From the NCBI GenBank assembly GCA_951406725.2, contig OX597824.1, positions 79,236,001 through 79,300,000 on the forward strand: DNA of 64,000 nt, in the 5' to 3' direction. This DNA comes from Octopus vulgaris (taxonomy: Eukaryota). Below are positions 36,040 through 49,504 of this stretch, piece by piece. Numbering within the stretch: the first letter of the stretch is position 1; every line of letters begins with the position of its first letter. Made by a program: the position numbers and the translations under genes. The notes under the pieces are model-generated. The model was not told the DNA's origin and did not search any database. It worked only from the letters and a program-made list of their open reading frames with translations.

Positions 36040-36480
36040 TTATGCCTTTAACCCTCCAACGCGGAGTATATAGGCCACTTATAATTGAATTCCATGTCGC
36101 ATAATTTTTTGCTTCTGTACTTATACTCCTCCATGAATGTCCCTCTTTCTCTAGTTCCTTTTGTGTTGATCTACGCCACGAGTTCTTAGGCCTACCTTTC
36201 TTTCTATATCCATCCGGATTCCACTGTAAAGCACTTTTCGCTACATTTGGTGTGTCTTTTCTAATGTGCTACCAATCCACTTCCACTTTTTCTTAAATAT
36301 TTGCTCCCTAATCGAAACATGACTTGTTCTTTGCCATAGCTCCATATTACTTAAGTGTTCGGGCCATCTAATTTTAAGTATACTATGCAAGCATCTGTTG
36401 ATAAGTGATTGTATTTGCTTATTTGACTTAACTGTTGTTCGCCATGTCTCAGCCCCATACAATAACACCGCTTTATTACA
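36040..36480 (-). mobile_element. RTE-clade LINE 3' fragment
   Basis: LLYGAETWRTT..CLHSILKIRWPE..SN.ELW..KWKWIG, RT-associated C-terminal motifs, frameshifted. Confidence 0.85.
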
Positions 36481-36510
36481 ATAGCAAATATAAAGATCCT
36501 ATGAACATAC

Positions 36511-36632
36511 CGGATTATAACCTTCCAAATCCGCTAAGCTACAGTCAGCTTTCTTTTCGACCAAGTACTTCATTTCTTTAATAATTTCTGGAACAAGTTT
36601 GCTTTCTGCTGCTAAGCTCACTAATGTTCTCC
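36511..36632 (-). CDS. Exon 14 (RTLVSLAAESKLVPEIIKEMKYLVEKKADCSLADLEGYNP)
   Basis: ttccAG / GTATGT, 122 nt, phase 1/0. Confidence 0.92.
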
Positions 36633-37840
36633 CTGGAAAATAAAATAAACATAGTACTTCAACATTAAATAACAAATGACTAACACCTTTCACACATCAA
36701 TAAAAGTCAAAACAAACATACTTCATTTTTTTTCTTTCTTACTCTACAAGGTAAAAACACAATCAAAGGAGCTTCTATTTAGTGGCTCAATGAGCTAGAA
36801 ATAGCAGTCAAATTTTTCTCATCATCTAACGTCCACTTTCCATGCTAGCATGGGTTGGACTGTTTGACTGAGGACTGGTGAGACAGATGGCTGCACTAGG
36901 CTCCAATCTGATCTGGCAGAGTTTCTACAGCTGGATGCCCTTCCTACTGCCAACCATTCCGAGAGTGTAGTGGGTGCTTTTACATGCCACCGGCACAAGG
37001 GCCAGTCAGGCGGTACTGGCAATGGCCATACTCAAATGGTGTTTTTTATGTGCCACCTGCAGAGGAGCCAGTCCGGCACTGGCAACGACCTCGCTCGAAT
37101 GTTGTTTTTTACGTGCCACCGGCACAAGTGCCAGTAAGGCGATGCTGGTAACGATCACACTCGAATGGTGGTTTTTTTACGTGCCACTGGCACAGGAGCC
37201 AGTCAGTGGCCCTGGCAACGATCACACTCAGATGGTGCTCTTAGCACTCCACTAGCATGGATGCCAGTCATGTGGTGCTGTCATGTGGTGAATTCGATTT
37301 ATAGTTAATTATGTATATTTATATATAATAATATATAATTTTGTGAGAGAGATATTAACCATCAAAAGAATTTTTCCCACACAAGGAAGCTCCTTCATGG
37401 TCACTTAGCCTACTAGAAACAGCAACCAAACTTCTTTCAATTCAAACCCTGCTATCTTTACAAATGAACACATTAGATAATGTTAATCCGGATTACAGAT
37501 TAACACAGCTCAATCAGGGTCGTCTTGTCTTTAAACCTTCAGCATTCAAACCAACCATATCTGGCCCAAATAGTTTACCTGTTATACATGCAAAACTGGC
37601 CAGATTCAGTCTCTCACACCTACCCTATAATGTTGTAGAAATAAACAATCACATCTTCAAAATCCCAAAGCTACACGGTTACAAATACATGATTAATTCA
37701 AAACAATGTGAATAAATAAGCATTACATTTGAGTAATCTGAATGCTAAAGAGTTAAACAACATCAATGACAACATCAAAACAATATTTAGCAGATTCTTT
37801 GCCTCACCTGTCAGGCATACTCAAATTAACAGAAACTCAC

Positions 37841-37940
37841 CTCGTTCATCTTTGAAGTTGATGTCTGAACCAGGCTGACTTAAAAGATAGTCAACCAAAC
37901 CATAGTGGCCTTTCAAAAATGCAATACAAACGGGTGTCAC
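37841..37940 (-). CDS. Exon 13 (VTPVCIAFLKGHYGLVDYLLSQPGSDINFKDER)
   Basis: ttgcAG / GTGAGT, 100 nt, phase 0/1. Confidence 0.95.
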
Positions 37941-40173
37941 CTGCAAAAAATTAAATTGGAAAAGTTAGTTTCTGGACTAAATTCAGAATAACCAATTGTA
38001 CATCCCCTCTGAACTAAACCAGTTACATATCACCTCTGCTCAGGTGCAAATGACATACCTTCCTCTCATCCTCCTATCATTTTTACTATGTCATTTCTTT
38101 TCCAGTCTTTGTACAAATCTCTTACCAACCCTTCTTACCCCAACTGTGTCATCATTCTGGAATTCCCTTCCTACTCATGCTTTTCTTGCAGATATTCAAA
38201 CTGAACATCAACCTATCGATCTAATCAGTGTTGAAGGGTCTACAAAAATCATGTATATTGCCCTATGTTACACATTCATATCTATGTGTTTGCGTATGCC
38301 AAACTACATCCCCACTCTTGGCACTATTTTGTTAGTGAACAGTACAACTGTGTGTAAAGTATATAATGTATCACTACGCTGAACGTCGTCGTCCGTGTAA
38401 CATGTAAAGCAATAAACACGTAAACAATAACAATGGTTTTCAATTGGTTGTCTTTCCCATTAGAACCCCAAACACACATAACACCCTAACACCTAATTAA
38501 CACTTAGAGAAAAATAAGACAATACTTAATAATATATATTTCTTTACTACCCGCAAGGGGCTAAATACAGAGGGGACAAACAAGGACAGACAAACAGATT
38601 AAGTCGATTACATCAATCCCCAGTGCATAACTGGTACTTAATTTATCAACCCCGAAAGGATGAAAGGCAAAGTTGACCTCGGCGCAATTTGAACTCAGAA
38701 CGTAACGGTAGACGAAGGTGACTGTACAACCCTCCCAGTAACAAGATCATAGTCCATTGACTGATGTTAATTTATCAAACCCTATTCAGATGGAAAGCAT
38801 GATCCTCGCAAGATTTGAACCCAAAAACCACAGCATATCAAACTAGATGCTATCAGGTTTAGGTTATCTAAATGTTCTTTGAAACAGATTGATAATAAAT
38901 GCCTATCCCCTTTGCTATCAAACTCCCAGGCATTGACTCTGGTTCTATGATACACAAACTTCCGCTTTAACCCTTTCGTTACCAACCCGGCTGAAACTGA
39001 CTCCGGCTCATTAGTATAAATATTTGTTTTCATAAGTTTTGAATTCAAATCTTCCACCAAATTTTAGTCACAATTTATGTTCCTAACATTAGCTTAGTGA
39101 TAACGATGTTATTTTACTAAATTCTTTGTTACATTTAAATTAATTGAAAGAAACACGGAGCATTTCCAAATAAATACAGTAATGAAAAGGTTAATGCGTT
39201 CATATTTTATGTGAACGTTCCATTGTAACTTAACTCTTTTGTTACCATATTTCTTTTGGTGTACGCGTCGTTTGTTTCAAGTAATTGTGAAAACTAAGAA
39301 GAATTTAGTAAAATAATTCTGTCATCATTAAGTTGGTGTTTGGAACATAAATTAACATGGAATCTTAATGATAGATTTTAATTTAAACCACTTCAAAACA
39401 GGAAGTTTGTATCACACAACTAGTGGTGGTTTCAGGCATGTTGGTGTCAAAAAGGGTTAATCCTCATCATCATCATCATCATTTAACATCTGTTTTTCAT
39501 GCTAGAATGAGTTGGATGGTTTAACCGGGGACTGGGAATCCAGAAGGCTGTACCAGGCTCCAGTCTGATCTGGCAGTGTTTCTACAGCTGGATGCCCTTC
39601 CTAATGCCAACCACTCCGTGAGTGTAGTGGGTGCTTTTTACATGCCACTGGCACAGGTGCCAGGCGAGGGTGGTAAAGGCCACAATTGGGTTGGTGCTTT
39701 TTACATGCCACCGGCACAGGTGCCAGGCGAGGGTGGTAAAGGCCACAATCGGGTTGGTGCTTTTTACGTGCCACCGGCACGATAAGTAAAAACTTTTTGA
39801 ATGAGTTGTGTTCCAAACACTAACTTAGCAACAAATAAGTTAGTATATTAACCCTTTAGTATTTAAACTAATCATATCTGGCCAAACTATTTTGCCTGTT
39901 TTATGTTCAAACTGGTCAGATCTGGCCTCATGCTTCTACCTTATAATGGACATGCTAAAAATGAAGTCTCATCATCAAGATCTCAAAGCTACAACTCAAT
40001 TCATGATTAATTCAAAATAATGTGAACAAATACACAGTACATTTAAGCAAATAATCTGAACGCTAAGGGGTTTAAACTTTTGATAAATTTCAAAATGAAA
40101 CAAAATACATAGGCTGTATAAGAAATATGGTCACAAAAGGATTTAAATTATTGTTAAGATTCAAAATACTAAC

Positions 40174-40385
40174 CTTCCAGTCATTGGGTAAATTTGGATT
40201 AGCACCACCAGAATCAACAAGCAGTTTTAAACAGAAAACCCATCCATAAGCAGCAGCATAGTGTACGACAGAGTTGCCAGATGAGTCAGTGTGGTTAGGG
40301 TCAGAACCCAGAGAGAGAAGGTACGATACCACATGAGTATTACCATTCATCACTGCATGAATCAATGCAGTACGTCGCATTTTGT
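40174..40385 (-). CDS. Exon 12 (KMRRTALIHAVMNGNTHVVSYLLSLGSDPNHTDSSGNSVVHYAAAYGWVFCLKLL...NDWK)
   Basis: ttcAG / GTTAGT, 212 nt, phase 1/0, two ankyrin repeats. Confidence 0.95.
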
Positions 40386-41390
40386 CTGAAAAAGAAAACG
40401 TAAAGGGGATGATAGTTACATGAGATGACAATAAATATTTATTAATATCGCCTGGCCTCCGTGCCAGTGCCATGTAACAAACACCATCCAATCGTGGCCG
40501 TTGCCAGCCTCGCCTGGCCTCCATGCCAGTGGCACGTAAAAAGCACCATCCGATCGTGGCCGTTCGCCAGCCTCGTCTGGCACCTGTGTTGGTGGCACGT
40601 AAAAAGCACCCACTACACTCACGGAGTGGTTGGCGTTAGGAAGGGCATCCAGCTGTAGAAACACTGCCAGATCTGACTGGGCCTGGTGCAGCCTTTGGGC
40701 TTCCCAGACCCCGGTTGAACCGTCCAACCCATGCTAGCATGGAAAGCGGACGTTAAACGATGATGATGATGATCTGGCAAACACTAGATATTGTCCAAGA
40801 TCAAGTCCTCAAAAATTCAGCAGTTCTGGTTGAGAAATCTCACAGCTCCTTCACAGGAGGAAACTTGAACTGCTCAGGACCCTTCTCTTATACTTTAACT
40901 TCTCAATTCATAGCATAAGTCTACCTCTTGGACTTTCATAGCCTTGAAAGTTACAGGGCAACCTTACTAGTGCTGGTGGCACAAAAGAAGCATCCAGTAC
41001 ACACTGTAAAGTGGTTAGCATTAGGAAGAGCATCCAGCCATAGAAACCATGTCAAAGTAGACCCTGGAACACAATGCAGTCCTTGGGATCATTGGATCCT
41101 GTCAATCTGTCCAACTCTTGCCAGCATGGAATACAAATACATAGACAAGATTTGCACTTACATATTTTTTGTAGCTATACAGTTCTATTCAGACATTAGA
41201 AATGTTAAAATTAATAGGAGTAGCTGTGTGGTAAGTAGCTTGCTTACCAAACCACATGGCTCCAGGTTCAGTTCCACTGCGTGGTACCTTGGGCATCTTC
41301 TACTATAGTCTCGCCCGACCAAAGCCTTGTAAGTGGATTTGGTAGACGGAAACTGAAAGAAGCTTGTCATATATATACATATATATATAC

Positions 41391-41426
<36 letters not shown>

Positions 41427-41677
41427 ATGTTTGTCCCCCTCCCCCACCATCACTTGACAACCGATGCTGGTGTGTTTACATCCTTGTAACTTAGTGGTTC
41501 AGCAAAGGAGACCGATAGAATAAGTACTAGGCTTACAAAGTCCTGGGGTCGATTTGTTCGACTAAAGGTGGTGCTCTAGCATGGCCACAGTCAAATGACA
41601 AAAAGAGTAAAATAATAATTAATAGAGTCAATAAACCTTCAAATGTTAGATTAATAGGTACACAGTCATCAACTAAC

Positions 41678-41834
41678 CTTTTTGTTCCACATCAGCTTTG
41701 TTCGCTACCAAAAGCTTTGCTATATCCAAATGTCCTTTGCAAGCAGCAATCATCAAAGGACTCATTTTGTCCTTCGATGCACTCATTGGTTTGTTCACTT
41801 CAACTTGGTATTTCAACATCACTTTCACAACTTC
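41678..41834 (-). CDS. Exon 11 (EVVKVMLKYQVEVNKPMSASKDKMSPLMIAACKGHLDIAKLLVANKADVEQK)
   Basis: ttgtAG / GTTAGT, 157 nt, phase 0/1, canonical ankyrin repeat; not in the ORF track. Confidence 0.95.
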
Positions 41835-41914
41835 CTACAACAGACAACAAATTTCTTTGTTTGAGACACCAGTTTAACCTTCATAATAGTAATAATATGT
41901 GTTATGAATTATAA

Positions 41915-42150
41915 TATCTATTTCTTTATTACCCACAAGGGGCTAAACACAGAAGGGACAAACAAGGACAGACATAGGTATTAAGTCGATTACATTGACC
42001 CCAGTGCGTAACTGGTACTTAATTTATCGACCCCGAAAGGATGAAAGGCAAAGTCGACCTCGGCGGAATTCGAACTCACAACGTAACGCAGACGAAATAC
42101 CGCTAAGCATTTCGCCCGGCGTGCTAACGTTTCTGCCAGCTCGCCGCCTT
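41915..42150 (-). mobile_element. SINE family A, full copy with TSD GTTATGAATTATAATATC
   Basis: Flank gttatgaattataatatc is repeated at about 41901 and 42152. Other A copies at about 6100, 11261, 12360, 13484, 30485, 38535 and 61138. Confidence 0.88.
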
Positions 42151-42215
42151 AGTTATGAATTATAATATCCTGTCATTAATTCCTTTCTACAATAGTTAAA
42201 TAATAGATAAAATAT

Positions 42216-42344
42216 ATGTGAGGTATACTTGCTATCTCAATATGGCTAACCACTAAGGGTGGGTGTTACTGTAGCTTGTAGCCCCAGGAGAACATCGTCT
42301 CCAGCTGGCTTTAGCCATATTGAGATGGCAAGTATACCTCACAT
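42216..42344. repeat. Inverted repeat, 34-bp arms (1 mismatch), 61-nt spacer
   Basis: ATGTGAGGTATACTTGCTATCTCAATATGGCTAA versus its reverse complement at 42311-42344. Confidence 0.9.
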
Positions 42345-44735
42345 TGTTGTGCAGTTACTGTTTATACCTCGTTCAGAGATAAAATATAGATATCTTATTT
42401 TGTATTGAGTACAAAAATGCGACAATGGTAAATGACACTGATAGATGGATACTGTCTTTATTTAATATAAAACAATGCACCTTAATCATTGGACAGCAGT
42501 GATTAACAGATTAGACAGTGAACAGAAATAAAGTTTGAATAAAAGTCTTCTTTGAACTGCTTTATGACTATGATTTCTTTATTAATCACTAAAGGTTTAC
42601 TAAAAGATTAAGGATAGTAGAGGATGATATCAGGTGGGATTACATGAAAGAGTGCATAAACTGAAGAATAACAATAAATTTCAACAATGATTAATTGCCC
42701 AAAACAAGGGATGCTTTCAAGGGTTACTTGTGGAAACCCCTTAAAACCACAGTTACCCTGACCACTAGAGCAAATGTCTTTTCTCTGATGTTCACTTTCA
42801 ATCTACAGGCACATGGTCAGTGTAGGGCCATTCACTCAGACCATGTTTGCCACTCTCATCCAGCTTTCAACAAATTTGCTGAAAGGAAGCATTTCATTCT
42901 CCACCCTCACCTTCCATTTCAAGTGAAACTTCAAAAATTTACTGAGAAAAGAAGTCTGTCTTCAGCCTTTTCGATCTGGTCCACCACTCAACTTCTTTCA
43001 CTAATAAAAATAATGGTTTTAAATTTTGGCACAAGGCCAGTAATTTTAGGGGTTGGGCAAGTTGATGACATCAACCCCAGTGCTCAGCTGGTACTTATCT
43101 TATTGACCTCAAAAAGATGAAAGTCTAAGTTGACTTCAGTGGAATTTGGCCTTGGAACAAAATGTCAGCAATTCTGAGGAGAGGGTTTAATTGATTCCAT
43201 TAAACCCAGTACTTCACTGGTATTTCATTTTATTGGCCCAAAAAAGATGTAAGGAGAAACTGATCTTGGCAGGGTTTAACCCTCTCAGACTTGAGCCTTT
43301 GTGTCTAATTTTACCCTACACCTGGTCTTCTGAGCAAGAAAAACATAAATAGTTGTATACACAGCTCAAGAGTAATGACTGCAGGCAAACGAACGGACAG
43401 AATCACAAAAAAAATTCAAGAGAATAACAGTGATCAGTTTTTCTCTCATCCAGTGTATTTGTTCACCTCAATCATTACTTTCCTTGTCAGTTTCACAAAC
43501 GTGATTATCTGAATGGCTGTCTGTGTAAGGGTAAACTTGTTGAAATTCTAGCTCACCTCATTTAAAGAATAACTATCATCAATAATTTCTTCAACCGTAA
43601 CGAGTCTAGGCCTTACTCATTTACCAGATGATGATGCTGGGTTCATCACATGGTCGATTCATTGCAAAAGAGTTTGTTTTTACAATTAAAAACGAAAGTA
43701 AACAACAGCTATGAGAGAAATTATTAACAATAAGTCATAAACACTCTTGACTACAGAGCTACAACATGGTGGATATATCGTTTTGCATTTTAGTATTTTA
43801 TCTTCTTTTTCTAAATGTGCTGTTTATTACTGCTTTAACCCTATAGCATTCAAATTATTCTGTCAAATGTAATGTGTTTTCTTTTACACTGTTTTTAATT
43901 ATCTCATAGCTTTGAAATTTTGATGATGGCATCATCATCATCGTTTAACGTCTGTTTTCCATGCTAGCATGGGTTGGACAGTTCAACTGGGGTCTGGGAA
44001 GCCAGAGGCTGTGCCAGGCCCAGTCTGATCTGGCAGTGTTTCTACAGCTGGATGCCCTTCCTAACGCCAACCACTCCGTGAGTGTAGCGGGTGCTTTTTA
44101 CGTGCCACCTGCACAGATGCCAGACGAGGCTGGCAAACAGCCACGATCAGATGGTGCTTTTTACGTGCCACCAGCACATAATGGCATTGAGGATTAGGCA
44201 CGATAGGCTGGATTTGGCTGATCGGAACACAAAACAAGTAGCATATGCGGGCCAGATATGGCCAGTTCAAATGCTACAGGGTTAATGAGAATCTGGTAGA
44301 GATTACAATTAGGTTATTCCCACTATGGCATGATAGGGTCAAATTCCAAACGTGAGCTTGCTTCCAAGCTACATGGTTTCAGGTTCAGTCCCACTGCGTG
44401 TCACTTTGGGCTGGTGTCTTCTACTATAGCCCCGAGCCGACCGAAGCTTTGTGATTGAATTCGGTAGGCAGAAGTTACTGCCGTGTGTGTATATGTGCGT
44501 GTAGGTGCTTGTGCCTCTCCGAAAGAGAGAGAGGGAATGGATAGTATGTGGTATGGTCTACAGCTAGGCAAAGGCACAGTACATCTGGAACAACAGTTCT
44601 GTGGATCTTTTAGCAGACTACATGGATGCCATGTACTTGCTCGACTGGAGCTGACCTGAGGTTATAGAACAATAACAATGAAAACAGCAACAACAACCTA
44701 GCATGTATGCAATGACATAATTAACATCCACTTAC

Positions 44736-44842
44736 TGTATAGCCCTCCATGATGGCAAAATGGAAAGGACACTGTCCAAATCGGTTGGGTCGATTCAATG
44801 CACCAGGTCCATATTTATGTGAAAATGTGTCGAGGTCAATAT
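44736..44842 (-). CDS. Exon 10 (IDLDTFSHKYGPGALNRPNRFGQCPFHFAIMEGYT)
   Basis: cttctAG / GTAAGT, 107 nt, phase 1/0; not in the ORF track. Confidence 0.9.
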
Positions 44843-46401
44843 CTAGAAGTAGCAGAGAGAAAAAGATTAAAAACATAATAAAACACATACTAAACAAGTC
44901 AATAAGTATACGAACACAATGTGAGTGCCTTTTTTTTTTTTTTTTTATGCGCCCCTTTCAAGCCTAGCCAGGCTCATGGGCCCAGTTTCCCAGTTTCTAT
45001 GGCGTATGTGTTCCCCCCAGCTGGACAGGGTGCCAGTCCATTGCAGCGTTACTCAAGAAACAGGAAGAAAGAGTGAGAGAAAGATGAGGCGAAAGAGTAC
45101 AACAGGAGTCGCCACCACCCCCTGCTGGAGCCTCCAGGAGCTTTAGGTGTTTTTGCTCAATAAACACACACAACGCCCGGTCTGGGGGTCCGAAAACGGA
45201 ATCCTCCGACCGCGAGTCCGCAGCCCTATATATATATGTATGTATGTATATATATATATATATATAACCATAAGAGTTGCATGGCTTAATGGTTAGAGCA
45301 TTGAGCTTATGATTCGGAGGTTGTGAGTTCAATTCCTGGACCAGGTTGTGTTGTGTTCTTGAACAAGACACTTTATTTCACATTGCTCCAATTCACACAT
45401 CTGTAATAATAGATTGCCACATGTCAAGCTGTATCGGTCTTTGCCCTTCCCTTGACATCAGTGGCATGGAGAAAGGAGGCTGGTATGCATGGCCGACAGC
45501 TGGTCTTTCATAAACAACCTTGCCTGGACTTGTGTCTAAAAGGGGGACTTTCAAGGTGTAATCCCACAGTCATTCGTAACCGAAAGGGGTCTTTCTTTTC
45601 CTTTCCTATATATATAACCAAAACAATTACAAACAAAATGGAAACTCGTACATCTTCAAATGGTTTCTTTTAGTTCTAACAGTTAATTATGCTGTATAAT
45701 TAACAAAGAAAAATTTGAACGTGTACCAGTCTCCGCATTCTTTGTAACTGCTTTGCATTTACACTTCCAAAAATGTTCATAATCCAGTGGAGCAAGCCCA
45801 AGATTTACCCATCAGAAGAATTATAGTGGGACTGCTAACCCTAAGCAATCCTTGGTGGTTCTTACAACTTAATGCAGTAAGATGGAACCTGGACTATACT
45901 TGAGAGATCTTACAGTACCTCCCTGGATAATTTATCCCATATGTATACACACGCACACATGTATATATATACATATATATGGTAGGCTTCTTTCGGCTCT
46001 TGTGTACAAAATCCACTCACAAACCAGCTTTGGCCAAGTGTTGAAGAAGTTGCAACACAGTGAGGGCGAGGTGAGTATGAATGTAAAAACAGACAGACAG
46101 ACAGTGACCAACACACATATAATTGTATACTTTTGAATTTACAGGAAAAAGGGAAAAGTTCATGATGTATATATAGAACAGTTTGAGCATTTATTCTGCA
46201 CTTAAGCTTCTGTACATCACATTAATATTAGCATTTTTTGCAGTAGTTAATAAAAACTCAGTATAAAGATTAAGAAAAGACTCAGCTTTGGATAAAATCA
46301 AACACACACACACACACACACCATCATTATCATTGACAGATAAATAGGTGTAAGTATGCGTGTATATGAGAATGTGCATAAACATGTATGTCTCAACTTA
46401 C

Positions 46402-46511
46402 TGCTCTTTGCTTTTTTCAGCAGCACTTCAACATTATGGGCACGTCCAGCCTGAGCAGCATAATGAATGGCACACATACCAGAACTGTCCAATTCCAAAG
46501 GATTGGCACCC
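46402..46511 (-). CDS. Exon 9 (GANPLELDSSGMCAIHYAAQAGRAHNVEVLLKKAKS)
   Basis: cttAG / GTAAGT, 110 nt, phase 2/1, ankyrin repeat. Confidence 0.95.
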
Positions 46512-47727
46512 CTAAGGAAAAAAAGATGAGATGATATCAAATGAGGTAAGACTGATAGAAGAATTTAAATTAACAGCATAGGAGAGTAGTTCTCAATCAT
46601 ATTTTAGCTGTGGATCTTTTTGATTCCTACTCTACTGGGTTCTCATAACCAATCCATCTTTAAAAAATCCCATTTATGTTTTTATAATTAAATATTATTA
46701 GGAGTTGTCTAAAAAAAATTGTTGAAATATTTTGTGTAGTGTAGAAGTATAACCAATTTATTGAACATAAGTTTTAACAATGAAATCTTATATGGGCCCC
46801 TAAGGGCCATATGGACCTTTGTTGAGAAACACTGATGTAGAAAAACTATAATACTTATAATGAATTTATTGCACATAAATTTTAACAACGAAATCTTATA
46901 TGGACCCCTAAGGTCCTTATGGACCCTGGTTGAGAAACACTGATGTAGAAAAACTATAATACATATAATGAAAACATTTGTTGGTTGTTGTTGTTGTTGT
47001 TTAACCCTTTTGATACCAACCCAGCTGAAACCACATCTGGTTCTGTAGTCTTGTTTTCAAAAGTTCTGAATTAAAATCTTCCACCAAACCTTAGTCACAA
47101 TTTATGTTCCTAACACTAGCTTAATGATAACTATGTTATTTTACGAAAATTCTTTGTTATATTTAAAACTGATTGAAAGAAACACAGAGCATCTCTAAAG
47201 AAATATGATAACAAAAGGGTTAACTCTGGGTCAGTTCTGACTGAGTAGACCTATGATTAAATGTATTACAACTACGGCCACCCACTTCTTCCTGTCCCAG
47301 ACATAAAGTACTCTGAATTACATTAACCAATGAGACCTTTTCATAATGCTACAACAGTAGCAGCCCAGGTTCTATGGCATAAACTTACTATTTTAAAGTG
47401 GTCTAAATAATAATCTTCCATCAAAATTTTATTTAAATTGTTCCAGACCCTAGCTTAATAATTAGAAAGCTATTTTACCAAATTCTTCATTACTTTAAAA
47501 ATTAATTGAAACGAAGGCAGCATATGTTAACAAAAATATGGTAACAAAAGGGTCAAAGACCTTAAACAGGATCCACGTGCTTAATACAAGGATTCACATA
47601 GTGCCTTAAACATGATTTACACAGTCCCTCAGAGTCTGACTTAGGAATGATTCTCTAAGTGTACCTTACACAAGATTAACTGCACAAGACTATCAGAACA
47701 CAATACACAAAAGAAAAGAAGCCTTAC

Positions 47728-47891
47728 TTCTCCAACAGGTATTCAAGTGTAGCAGTGGATGTGCAAGCAGCTGCATAATGTACTGGCCGACGTTGCCACT
47801 TGTCAACAACATTTATTTCTGGTTGAACATTCAATAGAGTTTGCAAATATTTTACATTGGGGTTTATAGCAGCACAATGGATTGGAGTGAT
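47728..47891 (-). CDS. Exon 8 (ITPIHCAAINPNVKYLQTLL...RRPVHYAAACTSTATLEYLLE)
   Basis: tttcAG / GTAAGG, 164 nt, phase 0/2, two ankyrin repeats. Confidence 0.95.
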
Positions 47892-48330
47892 CTGAAATAA
47901 TAAATCAAAAGAAAACAGTGACAACCACCACTTATATTCAGTGTCGCATAGGATAATTAGGCTGTGGAAATTTAATAGGTTTAATCATAACATGGCTAAT
48001 CATTTCTGGAGGAAACATAAAAGAAGTGAAACAAACTCAGGATAATAAATAAGGAGCAGCATCAGAAGATAACTTAGTTAAAAGGATCAAAGCATATGCA
48101 GCGATTTAATTGATCTCATTAGTTGGTCTAGTATTGAAATGAATGCTACATGGAAGTTTTTCATTAAAAATAAAACCCCATTAAACCTAGGATCTTCAAA
48201 AAAAAAAAAAGAGCTTCAAATTGTTACAACCTAATTGTCTTACAGGACAATTGTAAAGTGTATTTAAGTGTTTGACCAAGGGTTAAGTTTAATAAGTTTA
48301 TAGCTAGTAGACTCAAGTTCAAGCCAAACT

Positions 48331-48612
48331 ATATATATATATATATATATAAATTAGAAAAAAAAACCCACCTTTTATCAATTCAATAATGAAAAATTAA
48401 ATTATACCATTTAGAAAAATTACATATTTATAGAAAGATTAAATATAAGATAAAACATATAACAATGATTAAGTAATGTGCAAAATAGTAAATAAAACGT
48501 ACATATTTGGTAGAATAACGACACGTGTTTCGTGGCTAAATGGTATAATTTAATATTTCATTATTGAATTGATAAAAGGTGGGTTTTTTTTCTAATTTAT
48601 ATATATATATAT
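48331..48612. repeat. Inverted repeat of about 63-bp arms embedded in (TA)n
   Basis: 48351-48414 pairs with 48537-48598. Confidence 0.9.
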
Positions 48613-49504
48613 GTATATATTATATTTTGTGAAATTTGATTTAGTATTTCTAAATTGAATTTTTCCCTGTTAAGTTTGGAATAATATTACCTCGTATTAT
48701 TATATATATATATATATATATCCCTTCTCTCATACTTCAACCTCTCATCTCCACATCTCCCACCATAAACTTACAGGCTTCATAGTCTTGTGAGGTGCAA
48801 GGCAATCTCACTAATGCAGGTGACACAAATAAATATTGTACCCTGCACATGCTTTTAAAGCAGTTAGTGTTAGGAAGGGCATCCAGATGCAGAAACCCTG
48901 CCAAAGCAGGAACTGAAGCACAGTGGAGTCCTTGGGCCCATCAGATTCTGTCAAACTGCCCAGCATGGAATATGGATGCTAAGTGTGTGTGTGTGTGTGT
49001 GTGAAGGGACATGGCTTAGTGGTCAGGGTATTTGACTCACGATCATAAGGTCCTGAATTCAATACCTAGTGGCTCCTTGTGTCCTTGAACAAGACAATTT
49101 ACTTTGTGTTGCTCCAGTCCACTAAGCAGGTAACATGCATAATGCCTGTATTTCAAAGGGCCAGCCCTGTCACACTGTGTCCTGCTAATCTCACTGAGAA
49201 TTACGTTAAGAGTACATGTATCTGTGGAGTACTCAGCCAGTAGCACATTAATTTCATGAGCAGGCTATTCTCTGATCAGATCAAATGGAACACTCGACGT
49301 CAAACTGACTTTATATATTGGCGTTAGGAAGGGCATCCAGCCATAGAAACCAAGCCAAATTCAGACTGAAACTTGGTGCAGCTCTCTGACTTACCAGCTC
49401 CAGTCAACCCATTAAACTCATGCCAGCATGGAAAGCGGACGTTAAATGATGATGATGAAGATGATACACACACATACTAACATTCCGGTTCAAGCTCAAC
49501 AAAC

